Shown: positions 52,601 to 64,000 of the stretch, piece after piece | Layout: the number at the start of each line of letters is the position of its first letter | Position numbering within the stretch: position 1 is the stretch's first letter | Assembly (NCBI GenBank): GCA_040954595.2 | Contig: CM082584.2 | Location: forward strand, 6,018,110 to 6,082,109 | Reading direction: 5' to 3' | Source: Balanoglossus misakiensis | Lineage: Eukaryota > Animalia > Hemichordata | DNA length: 64,000 nt | Translations under genes and position numbers: made by a program | The notes under the pieces: model-generated | Databases searched by the model: none | What the model saw: the letters and a program-made list of their open reading frames with translations, nothing else | What the model was told of the DNA's origin: nothing

Positions 52601-55600
52601 GAATGCAGAATCATGTGTGATGATCCTGGAACACCTCAGTATGGTTGTCAAATTGGTGATCCGCAGTATCCTGTTTCAAATGGGACGGTTGTCGAATTTT
52701 GTTGCAATACAAATTATGATCTGATAGATCCAACAGACGCAACCTGTCTTGAAAGTTACAGCACAATTTGTATTGATGGTAAATGGTCAGAACAAAACCC
52801 AACTTGTGAAGCAGAATGTAATGATCCTGGCACGCCATCTGATGGCACTCAAGTTGGAGATGTCGAGTATCCTGTATGTTCAGGGACATCAGTGTCCTTT
52901 ACCTGTGATGATAGGCATGAAATGCATGGAAATGAAACAATAACATGCATTGATGGTGACTGGACATCCCCAATACCAAGCTGCAATCCAACCTGCGAAG
53001 ATCCTGGCACACCAAGTAATGGACATCAAATAGGAGACCATGATTATCCTGTGAGTGACGGACATGTAGTCAACTTTGGATGTGATGATACCTATGTCTT
53101 GTTCAATAATGTAACAAAGGATTGCATTGAAAGTGCATACACAACATGTGACAATGGCACATGGACCAACCCTCTCCCGTTATGTAAGAGAGCATGCGAC
53201 GATCCTGGTTATCCTGTCCATGGGTCTCAGGTGCAAAATTATACATATCCTGTTTGCACTGCTACCCTAGTTGAGTATCAATGTAATGAGGGTTTTGAGC
53301 TAGTTGGTGGACATGCAACAATTTGCCATGATTACGATTGGATGAGTTTTAATCGACCCTATTGTCGACCTACATGTGAAGACCTTGGTAGCCCAGAAAA
53401 TGGTTATCAAATCAACCCACCAGAATACCCTTGTAGCCAATACTATGAGCTAGATTTTGGATGCAACGAAGGTTACTCTCTTCATGACCCAGAGAATTAT
53501 GACTGTGCAGACTCCTACACAAGTATTTGTCTAAATGGCACTTGGTCTGAACCATTACCCCTCTGCCAACTTGAATGTGATGATCCCGGACAACCTGATA
53601 ATGGGCAACAGATTGGTACTCCTGCATATCCTGTCTGTTCAGGCACTGATGTAACATATGTCTGTGATGCTGGACATCAGCTCATTGGTGACCCAACATT
53701 GACATGTCAAGATGGATCTTGGGATTATCCTGTTCCTGAGTGTATACCAACCTGTGATGATCCTGGTACCCCTGACAATGGATATCAGCAAGGAGATCCT
53801 GTCTATCCAGTACTTGATGGGACCACAGTATATTTTAGTTGTAATGGAGGCTATTCATTACATGATAGCCAGACGGCTGAGTGCGTTGATATTGCTAGCA
53901 CAACATGTATCAATGGTGCATGGACAGATCCTATTCCACAGTGTCGACTAGAATGTGATGATCCGGGCAGCCCTAATGATGGCGAACAGGTCGAAGATTT
54001 GCAGTACCCTGTATGTTCTGGTACCAACGTGACATTCAGCTGCAATCAATATCACACTCTTGTTGGTGAAACAACTTCTATGTGTAAAGAGGGTTTATGG
54101 ACCAACCCTGTCCCCGAATGTGAACCTCAGTGTATTGATCCAGGTACACCAGAGAACGGGTACCAAGAAGACGATTATGTTTACCCAGTAATAGATGGCA
54201 CAGTCGTTTCATTCGGTTGTAATGAAGGTTATAGTTTGCACGAACCAGTGACAGAAGATTGTTTGGAATCATATGAAACTATCTGTCAAAATCACGCTTG
54301 GACGAAACCGGTACCTCTGTGTTTAGAAAAGTGTGATGATCCGGGCACACCATCAAATGGTACACAGGCACCAACGCATGACTACCCGGTATGTTCTGGC
54401 ACATCTGTCTCTTACGAATGCAGTGACGGGCATTTCTTGTCAGGCGAGGACACACTTATTTGTGAAGAGGGTGTGTGGAACCATCCTGTGCCAACATGTC
54501 AACCAGGTTGTGATGATCCAGGTACACCAGAAAATGGACAACAATTGGAGGACTACACTTACCCTGTACCTCCAGGTACTATTGTCACATTCTGTTGTGA
54601 TGAAAACCATCTATTGAAAGGAAACCAAGCCCTGCTATGCCAGGATGACGGTACCTGGGATGATTTATTGCCTGTATGTGAACCGATGTGTTTGGATCCT
54701 GGTGCCCCAGAGAATGGTTATCAGATAGACGTTGTTGAATACCCCGTTGAAACTGGCACTACCATTCATTATGGCTGTGATCTTGGATTTGAAAAACATG
54801 GCATCGGGTACAGCACATGCGATATGGGTGACTGGATACCACCAGTGGATGACACATTTTGCGCAGGTAGATATATGTGCATTTAGAGTGATTGATTTTT
54901 CTTCATTAATTTATGAGACTCATTTCCGTGATCATAACTAATTTGACCAAAGGATTCAGATATTTTCTGTAGAACATTTCTGTCTGATAACAATGGATAA
55001 AACGCTATCTATCTCAAACCTCTATATGCAGTCTTGTATAATGTCTTATATTTAAAAAAAATCTGAGTGAATATACCGGTCACTCATTTGTTTTCTGTTG
55101 AACACTAGAAATCGTTGAGTGTTGTAGTGACCCGTGCCAGAATGGTGGGATTTGCATCGAAGGTATTGCGCGATATGACTGTGTCTGTTCTGCCGGTTTT
55201 GAAGGATTCAACTGCGAACAAGGTAAAATGAACATATACATTGTAATTCCCATATTCATTTCAATCTATTGACAAAATGAACTAAATACATTTTCTAATT
55301 GCGATATTTATTTCATAACATATTCTAATGTGTAATGTGCCTTATTTCACGAAAACGTGTCGTTTAATATTGACCTTAAGGAATGACATGTTATCGTAGT
55401 GTATTACCTTACATTTTAACAAGGTCCTTTTAATCCACCAATTACTTTAAACAGAGTATTCAGTCTGTTACGTATGGGGCGATCCACACTATGTAACCTA
55501 TGATGGCGAAAAGTATGACTTCAACGGTGACTGTGTCTACGTTCTGACCGAGAGTGCAACGTATGAGATGACGTCATTTAAGGTTTTAGTCAACAATGAA

Positions 55601-56587
55601 GCTTTTGAAGCAGGTGGTAATCAATTGAGTGTTACCCAAGAACTTGCACTGATAGTGTATGGCAAGGTAGGTCCACACTCCTGTTTTTATGACTTGAATC
55701 AGTAGTTAATGAAAGGATCACACAGAGTACTACATAGAAGAACGCAAACCTATTGATTAAAATATCAAAATGTGTTTTTTTTTCTCCCTGCCATTCCAGG
55801 AAATACGACTGAAGAGAGACAAAGTAGTAACAGTTGATGGTACAGCCGTGACTTTGCCGCATGAAGTATCACCAGAAATATGGATCAAAGAAACAGGAAG
55901 CTACATGGTATGTACTTCATTAAATAAAACAATGTGTGATATATTTGTTTATCATAGTTGTTTAATTAACAACGAACTCCCACCCAAACCCCACGGTGTT
56001 TTCATGCAATATGTACACATTCAATCTATTTGCTATGTTTTCAGAGTGTGTATGTTGACTTTGGCCTGGTACTCAGATGGGATGGACAACATTATGGTGA
56101 CGTGAAAGTCCCCGAAACCTACAAAGGCACTCTTCGTGGCCTGTGTGGAAACTATAATGGCGATCCTACAGACGACTTTACGGATCCACTGAAAAGGCTT
56201 GTAAGTATATAGTACAGGTGTAGGACGTATGCTTCTAGCACATAGTACCTATTGACCTTTTTGCTTACTTGATGGGTCCTGATATTTGTTTTAGTCAACT
56301 AATGGTTACAGGCCAATGAGTATGCCTAAAGTGTTTTTTTTTCTATTATCATTAGATTCCAACTGAGATGGAACATCCTCACAGGGCAGCCATGTTTGGA
56401 AATACATGGGTCGCTAACCCAGAGGAGTGTTTCTCTGATGCCAGTGGTTGTAGCCCCTGTGCAGATGATGTTGACAAAGCAATGGAGGCGCATGAACTGT
56501 GCACCCTCATCAGTGATCCTCAAGGTAACAGTGTTTGTTAATTTGCTTCCATTGTTTCTGTGGATATGCATGCATGTACATTTGTAC

Positions 56588-56633
<46 letters not shown>

Positions 56634-59600
56634 GGGCAGATGAAGGGTGCTGGTATTCGTAGCATGCTATTGTTCTATACGTGCTATAATGATCTTTACT
56701 CTCTCACTTCAGGTCCCTTTGCCGAATGTCATAGCAAGGTCAACTACGAAGATTACTTTGGTGCCTGTATGTTTGATCTCTGTGCCAAGCTGCCAGATGA
56801 AAACGGTGTATGCATGAATGCTGAGGCATATGCCCAGGCCTGTTTGGATCACTTCATTCCCATCGAGTGGCGAAGCGATGTTTTCTGTCGTAAGTTCACA
56901 AGTCTAAAACTCACAAATATACAGGTGATAGATATCAGAAGATTCTGGCTGTATAGTTAAATCTACGCATGGATTAATCCTTCTCAATTAGACGTGACCA
57001 TTACAGTACTGTTGGTAAAACGTATCGTTTTCCGGGTTAATAAATGTCAAGTTCATCCACTACCCCTGTATATAAACCACTGCACCCTGTTCAGAATAAG
57101 TAAACAACACTTATCGTCATGTCAGGGGTGACGGTGTCGAATGAGTTAATATTTAATCACGGTCACACTGTTTCTCGATTCTGGCACTAATACACCCATT
57201 GCAATGTTTGTCTTACACCTCAGCTGCTGTCGCTTGCGACGTGGATAAAGTTTACAACGTCAGCACGTCAGCGTGCACGTCAACGTGCAGTAGCCAAACA
57301 CCATACTACCAATGCCCGGAGAGACGTCTAGTCGATGGCTGTGTCTGTCCTCAGGGTAAAGTGGTTGGAACGTACGGAGACTGTGTACCTGTTGAGCAAT
57401 GCCCGTGCGATTATCAGGGCCAGGCTGTCGAGGTAAGAATTTTAATTAATGTGAAATATGCGTTTACTGTATTATTCTAAAATCAGCAATACTATTCAAC
57501 GTTCACAAACGCCAACGTGTACATACTTCACTTTATATAATTCTTTGACCAGATTGTGGGTTAGTTTATACGCCGACTGCCATAAATCCACAGAAAGAAA
57601 CTCTTCTTTAAAGCAGTATACAATATAACCCATCATGAAAGACGGTATTTTAGAATCGTGTCTGGGGCTGCTGAAGTTCTCGGCACATGACGCAACATAC
57701 ACTGTACTCTCTGCATGTTTCAAACCTCCACTCCCCCCCCCCCACCCCCAGTTCGGCGACGTGATTGTGGCAGAGGGATGCTATGAAGCATGTACCTGCA
57801 TGGAAAATGGTGTTCTGGATTGTAACGCAATCAGATGTGACCCCAACGCTTTCTGTGGTGAGAAGGATGGAGTGTATGGATGTCACTGCGGCGTAGGATT
57901 CATCGGAGACGGCATTCGCTGTTCAAGTGAGGAGCCAAGTAAGGGATTAATATGTTAATGTATTGTTGTAGTCAGGCTGTTGGCAGATATATTAAAACTG
58001 TCGTTCGAAAAGCACAGTACACGTACTCCAGATCTAACAGACTTGTTATGTATTTACAATAAAATGAGAACAGACATGGTCAATTTGCTATTTTATTATT
58101 TAAGCTGAGTATAGATATATGTCCAAATTGTCAGATGTCGCTTTTTATTGGTGGGCATGATCTTTGTGGCGCATAATTTTATCACTCCAGTGTGTGTTAT
58201 TTGAGACCGTACAAGCATGCGGTTGTGAAACTGAGTGTCTCATTATCTTTAGGGCGATGAGCCAATCAATACAAACTTTAAATAAATCACATTCTGATCG
58301 ATACATTGACAGCCAATCAATTCAGAACTGAAATTTATCATATTCTGATCGATACCCTACAGGCCAGGTGTTGTGCGAGCCCAACCCATGTGTAAATGGT
58401 GATTGTGAAAAGCACATCAATTACTACACATGTGTGTGTCAGTCTGGATTCCAAGGTGTCCATTGCGATGTTGGTAAGTGGTTGTTGAATTCCTTAATTG
58501 CGCCAATGCCAAGAAAATACAGAAGGACATTCGGATGGGCAGACAGGCAAACAAATAAACAAACAATGGCAGATCGAAAGACAAATCGTTATGCTGCCTT
58601 GAAAAGTATTATTACCTACAACTAAAATGTGGTGGTATCACTATAGTCAGAATACAATTAAATGTGTGAATCTTGATTATAAAATTGATCCAGTTATGTA
58701 CTAACGTGTCATTTCTTTGTTTGTCTTGCAACAGCTATTGGTTCCTGCGACCAAAATCCATGCAGCCACGGCGGTGCCTGTATCGTTGAAGATGACGGCT
58801 ACATCTGTTTGTGCACAGATGGGTACTCTGGCGATAACTGTGAACACCGTGAGTCATGTGACTGTTTTGAGTCAATATCATTGAACCCGTGTGTCCAGAT
58901 GTAGAATTCTCCACGTGCAAGTTTGTCATTGAAACTAATTTTACTGTCATGGGCACAATATTTTCTCAAATATCTACAATTCGTGTGTCCCTGACTATCG
59001 ACAATTAACTGATATGGTTGCTGTACTTTTTATAGGAACGACATGTTATTCCTGTGTTGATGCAAGAGGCAACGAACAGTGCAATGAGAACGTTGAGGAG
59101 TGCATTTTGGATCAAGTAAGTGGGATTTGTATAACAGTCTTTCATTGCGATGCTTGAGAATAATGATCAGTTGGTACTATTTTGAAATAAATAAAATACT
59201 ATATGCATGACTTCACATGGTATCTTGCCTATGTATAGTCATTCCGCGCATCTCTGTCATCATGGCCACCAAAAAGCATTGAACAGCAAATACTAACTAA
59301 AGTCTGTAAGCACGAATAACGCATTGACTGTTTTCTCTTCTCAGTCGGTATGTGAGACAAGGCTTACTCTTGGGGAAGGAGGAGACATATTAGTCAGCAA
59401 AGGCTGCGTACAGCAGTCGGTAAGTAATATCGTCAATGTGACTTTCTTATCTCAGTGTGATAACTTCAAATCTGACAATGTCTGCCAATGTCGGTCATTG
59501 TCCTTCACCCCATATGCTCGCCTCACTGCCCGTCGCAGGCTACCTTGTCTTCATATTAGCCTTTGTGAAATTCAACAAAAATAGGGATATCACATAGTAG

Positions 59601-62600
59601 TAAATAGCCATGTCGTCCCAACCCTCTGTACGACGACGACAATAATTGCATTTTTGAGTTTGCACATATTGAAGCAGATATGAATGAGCAACAGTGCAAC
59701 GTCAAATACTGTTATAAGTGTAACCAGTTTTAAGTTCAAATAGACTACAGACAGTTACCAAACCTCATCTTGATATTTATCTCCACCAGACAGAAATATC
59801 GAACTCATACCGTCCATTAACTTATAATAGGTTACATCGTTAATCTATATTTAATTCTTATCAAACTTCCTGTCTGTCTCTTGATTGCATTGCGTGTGAC
59901 CTGGATGAGACCTTTTTGTCGGTGTCTGTTAAATGTTAAAGTGACCTACGTCATCAATGCGATATCTATAGGAAACGTACGTGTCATGTCGAATAGACGA
60001 TTTGCCTGTCCCGAGAATGGACGGAATACATGTAATTTTTAATGTTCATTTTGCAAAAAGTAGAATAAAAGGCAACGCATGTCATTATTGCCTACAGGCG
60101 TGTACCGACAGCGACGCAGACTGTCAAGATGGCGTCATAAGTGGTGCTTGCAGCTCGTGTTGTATCGGCGACCAGTGCAACGGGGCTATTCCAAATGGTA
60201 ATTTCAACATTTGTGAAGTTCTCTTTGATTAACGTGTTCAAGGTCATTGCAATGACTGTCTTCGTCCAGGTTCTTAAGAAGGCTCAAGTCATACGATTAC
60301 TATTTCCAAACAAACTAGGCAGCCTGACACATGCTGTCATGCTAACCCCAAATATGTTCATGTAAAGATTAATGAAATGCGCTGGTAATGTTATGGTTTT
60401 CAAAGTGGTAGTCATCCTACAGTTTGGTTTTCACGGATTCCGCCTTCTTTTATGTTTTTTTTTAAATCAGTATGGTACCTTTCTATTTTTAGGTCAATGT
60501 CTTCGTGATGGTGTACTGTATATCGATGGGACAAGTTGGGCCGTTGACACTGGAGTCAGTTGCCAGCAATGTAGCTGCAACACTGGAATCATTAACTGTG
60601 TTGACGTCATCGCAGCTACTGTAAGTAACTTAACAGCTACATGTAGATCGTGCGTTAGGCTACATTAGTTGATGTAACGGTCATTGCGAATGTTTTAACT
60701 GAAGTTATGTTTTGAAAATAATAACGTGCCAAACGTAATTGTAGAACGGAATGGAGATCTTTTAGACGTTTTGCTTATATCGGTCCAGGATGCAATATCT
60801 CCAGCGTAGCCGTAGGTATTGACCTGTGCTGTGCTGTGAAGCCCGATAAAACATGCTCGTACAAAAAGTGTCGTCAAAGCGTGGCGCAACAATAATTATA
60901 TTTTCATTATTTCCACACATATTTTACCTATTGCCTCTTAATTCTAGACCAAGTGGATATACATTTTCCTTGTCTACAGGTTTGATCAAATTTTTATGAG
61001 AATTGTGCGAACATTTACGAGGATAATTTTGTGAAAAAATGACAAGTTGGCTATGACGTTAAACACTTTCAATTTACGTACAACACTTGTTTCTGATTTG
61101 CAGTACTACAACGATCACTTGCTGTGTCTCGAACACTCCGATTGCGGCGTAGGCGACAAATGCCTACCAACAGACCTGACCTGTGTAGGTGACGCATGCG
61201 TCAAAGTGTGCACAGGCGATAGCGCCGTTCAGCGTTCCAACCCTGGCACGTGTTACGATCACCTGACTGGAGACTTCAACGAATGTGCTGTGATTGACGT
61301 GGAAGTCGACCCAACCGTAAGTACCATACCAAGACCAGTTCGCGGAATTGAATCCAGCGTACCGGTATATATTGATTATGTATACGATGAAAAAGACTTT
61401 TGAATAGTTCAAAATTGTTTGCTCTATATATACATTGTATACGTTGAAAAGACTATAAAACTAAAGGTGATATTAGTTTAGCAAAAATTTAAAGCGTTAT
61501 CTTACGGGACATGGCGCTACCAGCATTTGGACTTCATGAATAGTATCTTTATGTTTGGACTGTTCATTATACATCGATAAGAAGGCCATGTCGTATAAAC
61601 TATCATTTTTTTACCATAAATTTCTTCTATCTTTAGTAAGGGTGTTTTCTTCTTTCTTTAGACTGCAAACATCCCGCGTGTCTGCGAGGACTTGACCACC
61701 TATATAAGAAACAACGTTCCAAGTGTCTCTCAGTGCAGCGTGGCCGACTGCATAGATGGGAACAGCGGGAGGAAGCGACGAGATGGCGAAACTAAATTCC
61801 GCATTGTCATCGTAAGTCGTGTTAACATCCCCTCTCACTATTTTGATTTGACCGCCCCTGATTCTCACCTACGACCCAACAACACACCCTGCGTGGTTCT
61901 TTCCTTTGTTTCTGCTAAGGATATCACCGAAGCAAAAACTGTATCGCTTTACATGTATATTTGCACCATTTAAAAATACACCAATCTCTGTATCGACCAA
62001 TCCGAACATCACCGTTTCTTGCAGGAGCAGGCGTCGGTTGGTGAACTGAACTCTGGCGAATTATCAGCAGCCATCGCTGCATACATCGAGGAGGCTCTTG
62101 CGAACGACAAGAAAGATGGTACATTGACTGAACCACTCTCAAGTGTTACACACGTCGTGGTTGATGGTAAGTAACACACAATAAGCTTTGTACACCACGA
62201 ATACAGCGTTGTAAACAATTGAAATTTTACTTCCAAAATCCAAATATTCAACATATAGCATTTCAAATCTGTTTTGTCTTCAAGACAATCTGCTAACGAA
62301 AGGTTGTACTAATTGATATTTCTAATTAAATTTTTCCAACGTTCTATTTCAGACGAATTCGTTGTGACCGAAACACAAAGCTCAAGTAAGTGACACAATC
62401 AATTTTAACAGTATAAAACAAAAAACCTCAAAATATAAAAATAATTGTGGTTCAATGATATTTTAATCTTTTCTTTAACAAAATCTCTATAGCAACTTGA
62501 AATATTAAACTTGATCAACGTATATGGTTCTCTACCGTCTGTGCATCAGTCAATGTTACAATTCAAGTTCACGTGATGGGCAACTTCAGTTGCTAATATT

Positions 62601-63022
62601 TGACAATGTTAATAGCATGCTGAAGACCAGGCCAACTGAATTTAGCTCACACCATACACGATTAATGTTGTTACCGCCATTTTGTCCTCACAATTGCAGA
62701 CACCCATGAGAGACTTTCATATTGGCGTTATAATAAGAATGAATGAAAACTGTATTAATTGGATGAAAAATTCACGCTGTTTATGCCCTACCACTTTCTA
62801 GGTGTTGCGTCTTGGCTCTTGCCAACCTTGATGGTAGTCATCGCTGTAGCTGCTGTGTGCATCATCGGCGTCGTCTTATACCGTCGGCACAAGAGAAATC
62901 CTGTGAACGTTAAGAACCGGGAAATGGAGCTCGTGAGATTAGGTATGCCGACCACATCACTGGACCGGTCACAACAAGACGATGAGAGGGTACTGATCGA
63001 CAGTAGTAATCTTCACATGTGA
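34109..63022 (+). CDS. Gene B (apparently complete): paralog of gene A, ~4,578-aa type I membrane protein with 40 CCP domains
   Basis: 40 exons: 34109-34172, 34646-34699, 36013-36203, 36861-37000, 37500-37612, 37896-38039, 38345-38629, 39395-39631, 40188-40238, 40701-41021, 41749-41979, 42427-42714, 43049-43285, 43686-43894, 44125-44232, 44574-44723, 45321-45441, 45727-45897, 46164-46372, 46781-46958, 47319-54866, 55109-55222, 55455-55666, 55800-55907, 56045-56200, 56356-56524, 56713-56889, 57224-57432, 57752-57926, 58363-58473, 58735-58848, 59036-59115, 59345-59419, 60098-60197, 60493-60620, 61104-61316, 61662-61811, 62025-62166, 62353-62385, 62802-63022. The sum is 13,737 nt (divisible by 3), from ATG to TGA. 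The first 7 exons have no gene A counterpart in the window and are less certain. Confidence 0.9.
36013..37612 (+). CDS. Gene B N-terminal Cys-rich head: two resistin/PCSK9 C-terminal-like modules (3 exons)
   Basis: [14 protein letters not shown]...CNGAWF..NQCTALN....GTRANVTC and [13 protein letters not shown].....ICHYGPC....VYARC. Phases 1-0-2-1 link correctly. Confidence 0.55.
37185..37402. repeat. Degenerate GGNT-type tetranucleotide low-complexity tract
   Basis: ggtt/ggat/ggta units in the gene B intron. Confidence 0.7.
37896..43285 (+). CDS. Gene B EGF-FN3-HYR, linker, FN3-like, EGF-EGF-FN3-HYR exons
   Basis: Same motifs as gene A, plus an extra upstream EGF ([12 protein letters not shown]) and FN3 exon. 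All are phase 1-1 exons. Confidence 0.85.
43686..46958 (+). CDS. Gene B first VWD-C8-TIL-TILa/EGF cassette
   Basis: Exon lengths 209/108/150/121/171/209/178 are identical to gene A. GDPH and GLCG motifs are present. Confidence 0.9.
47319..54866 (+). CDS. Gene B giant 7,548-nt exon encoding 40 tandem CCP/Sushi domains
   Basis: Acceptor cacatag|aaaaatgt and donor gcag|gtagat; ORF 47297-54886; 40 units counted. Confidence 0.95.
48064..53645 (+). repeat. Higher-order coding tandem repeat, unit 2,271 bp (757 aa, 12 CCP), ~2.5 copies
   Basis: Recurrence at 2,271-bp spacing, e.g. ORFs at 48069/50340/52611 and 48207/50478/52749. Ends are approximate. Confidence 0.93.
55109..58848 (+). CDS. Gene B EGF, second VWD-C8-TIL-TILa/EGF cassette, EGF x2
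   Basis: Exon lengths match gene [20 protein letters not shown]8 and TIL motifs are present. Confidence 0.9.
56590..56632. repeat. (GA)n dinucleotide microsatellite
   Basis: Read directly. Confidence 0.95.
59036..60197 (+). CDS. Gene B Ly6/uPAR (LU) domain, 3 exons
   Basis: [16 protein letters not shown]...VSKGC...[11 protein letters not shown]. Confidence 0.8.
60493..62385 (+). CDS. Gene B VWC-like + Jagged/Serrate-like juxtamembrane region with RKRR site
   Basis: Homologous exons to gene A; contains [18 protein letters not shown]. Confidence 0.65.
62802..63022 (+). CDS. Gene B terminal exon: TM helix and cytoplasmic tail
   Basis: [23 protein letters not shown] followed by RRHKR; TGA ends at 63022. 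Confidence 0.9.
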
Positions 63023-63414
63023 GATAAGAGGATATGGACATTTGGCTAACGCAATTAAAATATAATCGCTGTATGCTTTTACAATGACACTCTGTATGTG
63101 TAAAGCTTTTCACCAATAACAGTTAAAGCACCATTACTTGTAATTTTTCGCTATGCTTTCAGTATTTTTGTTTTGTGTGTCTACCATAGTTTCTAGGTCA
63201 AAACCCAGACGCTTGATGAAATATCTAGAGTTGAGCTAACAACCTTTTACGTGTGTAGGCCTGGTCAGCACTTTATTGCACAAAATTTGAATTAAAACCT
63301 GGACTAGAATTCATTTGCCAACAATAACAATGGTAGTTATATTATATACTATGATGACAGGCGGAATACTGGGTATATTATAATTTGCAATCGGTACAGA
63401 ACTAAAATGCTTAA

Positions 63415-63420
63415 AATAAA
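63415..63420 (+). terminator. Candidate polyadenylation signal AATAAA for gene B (second copy at 63464-63469)
   Basis: First canonical AATAAA, ~390 nt after the stop; ATTAAA variants occur earlier (e.g. 63054). Confidence 0.4.
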
Positions 63421-64000
63421 GCCAAAGTTACGGTTAATGTCCCTTTGACTTACCAGCTTTATAAATAAATGAAACGATAAAAACAACCAAATTCTGATAC
63501 ATCATTGATATTATGGAAGTTACTATGGCTGTACCAGTATCATATATTTTCTGAGTATTTGGTATTGTGTTTAAACTCATTTACTTTTTACATGTAAAGT
63601 ACACGTGCTAAATATATTTCACAATGGAATGTAATTAATGTAGACGTTCGCTTGGAGTCGACAAACATCATTTGACGTTTTGCTATTATTTGAATAACTC
63701 GTTATGTAATCTGTGCCAGATGGCCCTTGATGTGTCCATACGGATGGATGGACGATAAAAGGACAAGTTCAACGCGATGTGAACCTTGAAAATCCAACAA
63801 TTTACATTTTACAAGAAATTGAGTTTAGAAAATCAATAGCTAAAACGTACTGACATATAAATGTACAGTATATGATTCATGAGTTCAACTTTTGCCAATG
63901 TTTTGTGTTACTTAGTTTTTAAAATACTTGGGATCATTTAAGCAGGTTGATTAAAGATTTACACACTTTGTCGGTGATTGAGTCACTGAAACTTTTCTTT

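Noticed and set aside
247-63022. A and B as two haplotypes falsely assembled in tandem
   Set aside because: Many introns are unalignable, the cytoplasmic tails and repeat-unit structures differ, and terminal exons are substantially diverged, which fits true paralogs. Read depth and long reads would settle it.

Overview
This is eukaryotic, intron-rich, AT-rich genomic DNA, most likely from a marine invertebrate deuterostome (an impression from domain content, not verifiable here). It contains two tandem + strand paralogous genes for giant cysteine-rich type I membrane proteins. Gene A (<247-23185) is 5'-truncated by the window, with 33 visible coding exons and about 4,016 aa visible. Gene B (34109-63022) appears complete: 40 coding exons summing to 13,737 nt = 4,578 aa plus stop. 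The architecture read from B is: signal peptide, 2 resistin/PCSK9-CHRD-like modules, EGF-FN3-HYR, FN3-like, EGF-EGF-FN3-HYR, VWD-C8-TIL-TILa/EGF, one giant exon of CCP/Sushi domains (36 in A, 40 in B), EGF, VWD-C8-TIL-TILa/EGF, EGF-EGF, Ly6/uPAR (LU), a VWC plus Jagged/Serrate-like juxtamembrane region with an RKRR furin site, TM and a short tail. The CCP exons are built from higher-order repeats (1,893 bp/10 domains in A, 2,271 bp/12 domains in B). These repeats are homogenised within each gene but carry a paralog-specific divergent domain pair, and the cytoplasmic tails have diverged. The ~10.9 kb intergenic region holds a TTAA-flanked Kolobok-like MITE, a tandem repeat, microsatellites and degenerate repeats. 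I saw no RNA genes or CRISPR arrays. Domain calls are by eye from motif patterns, not from database searches.
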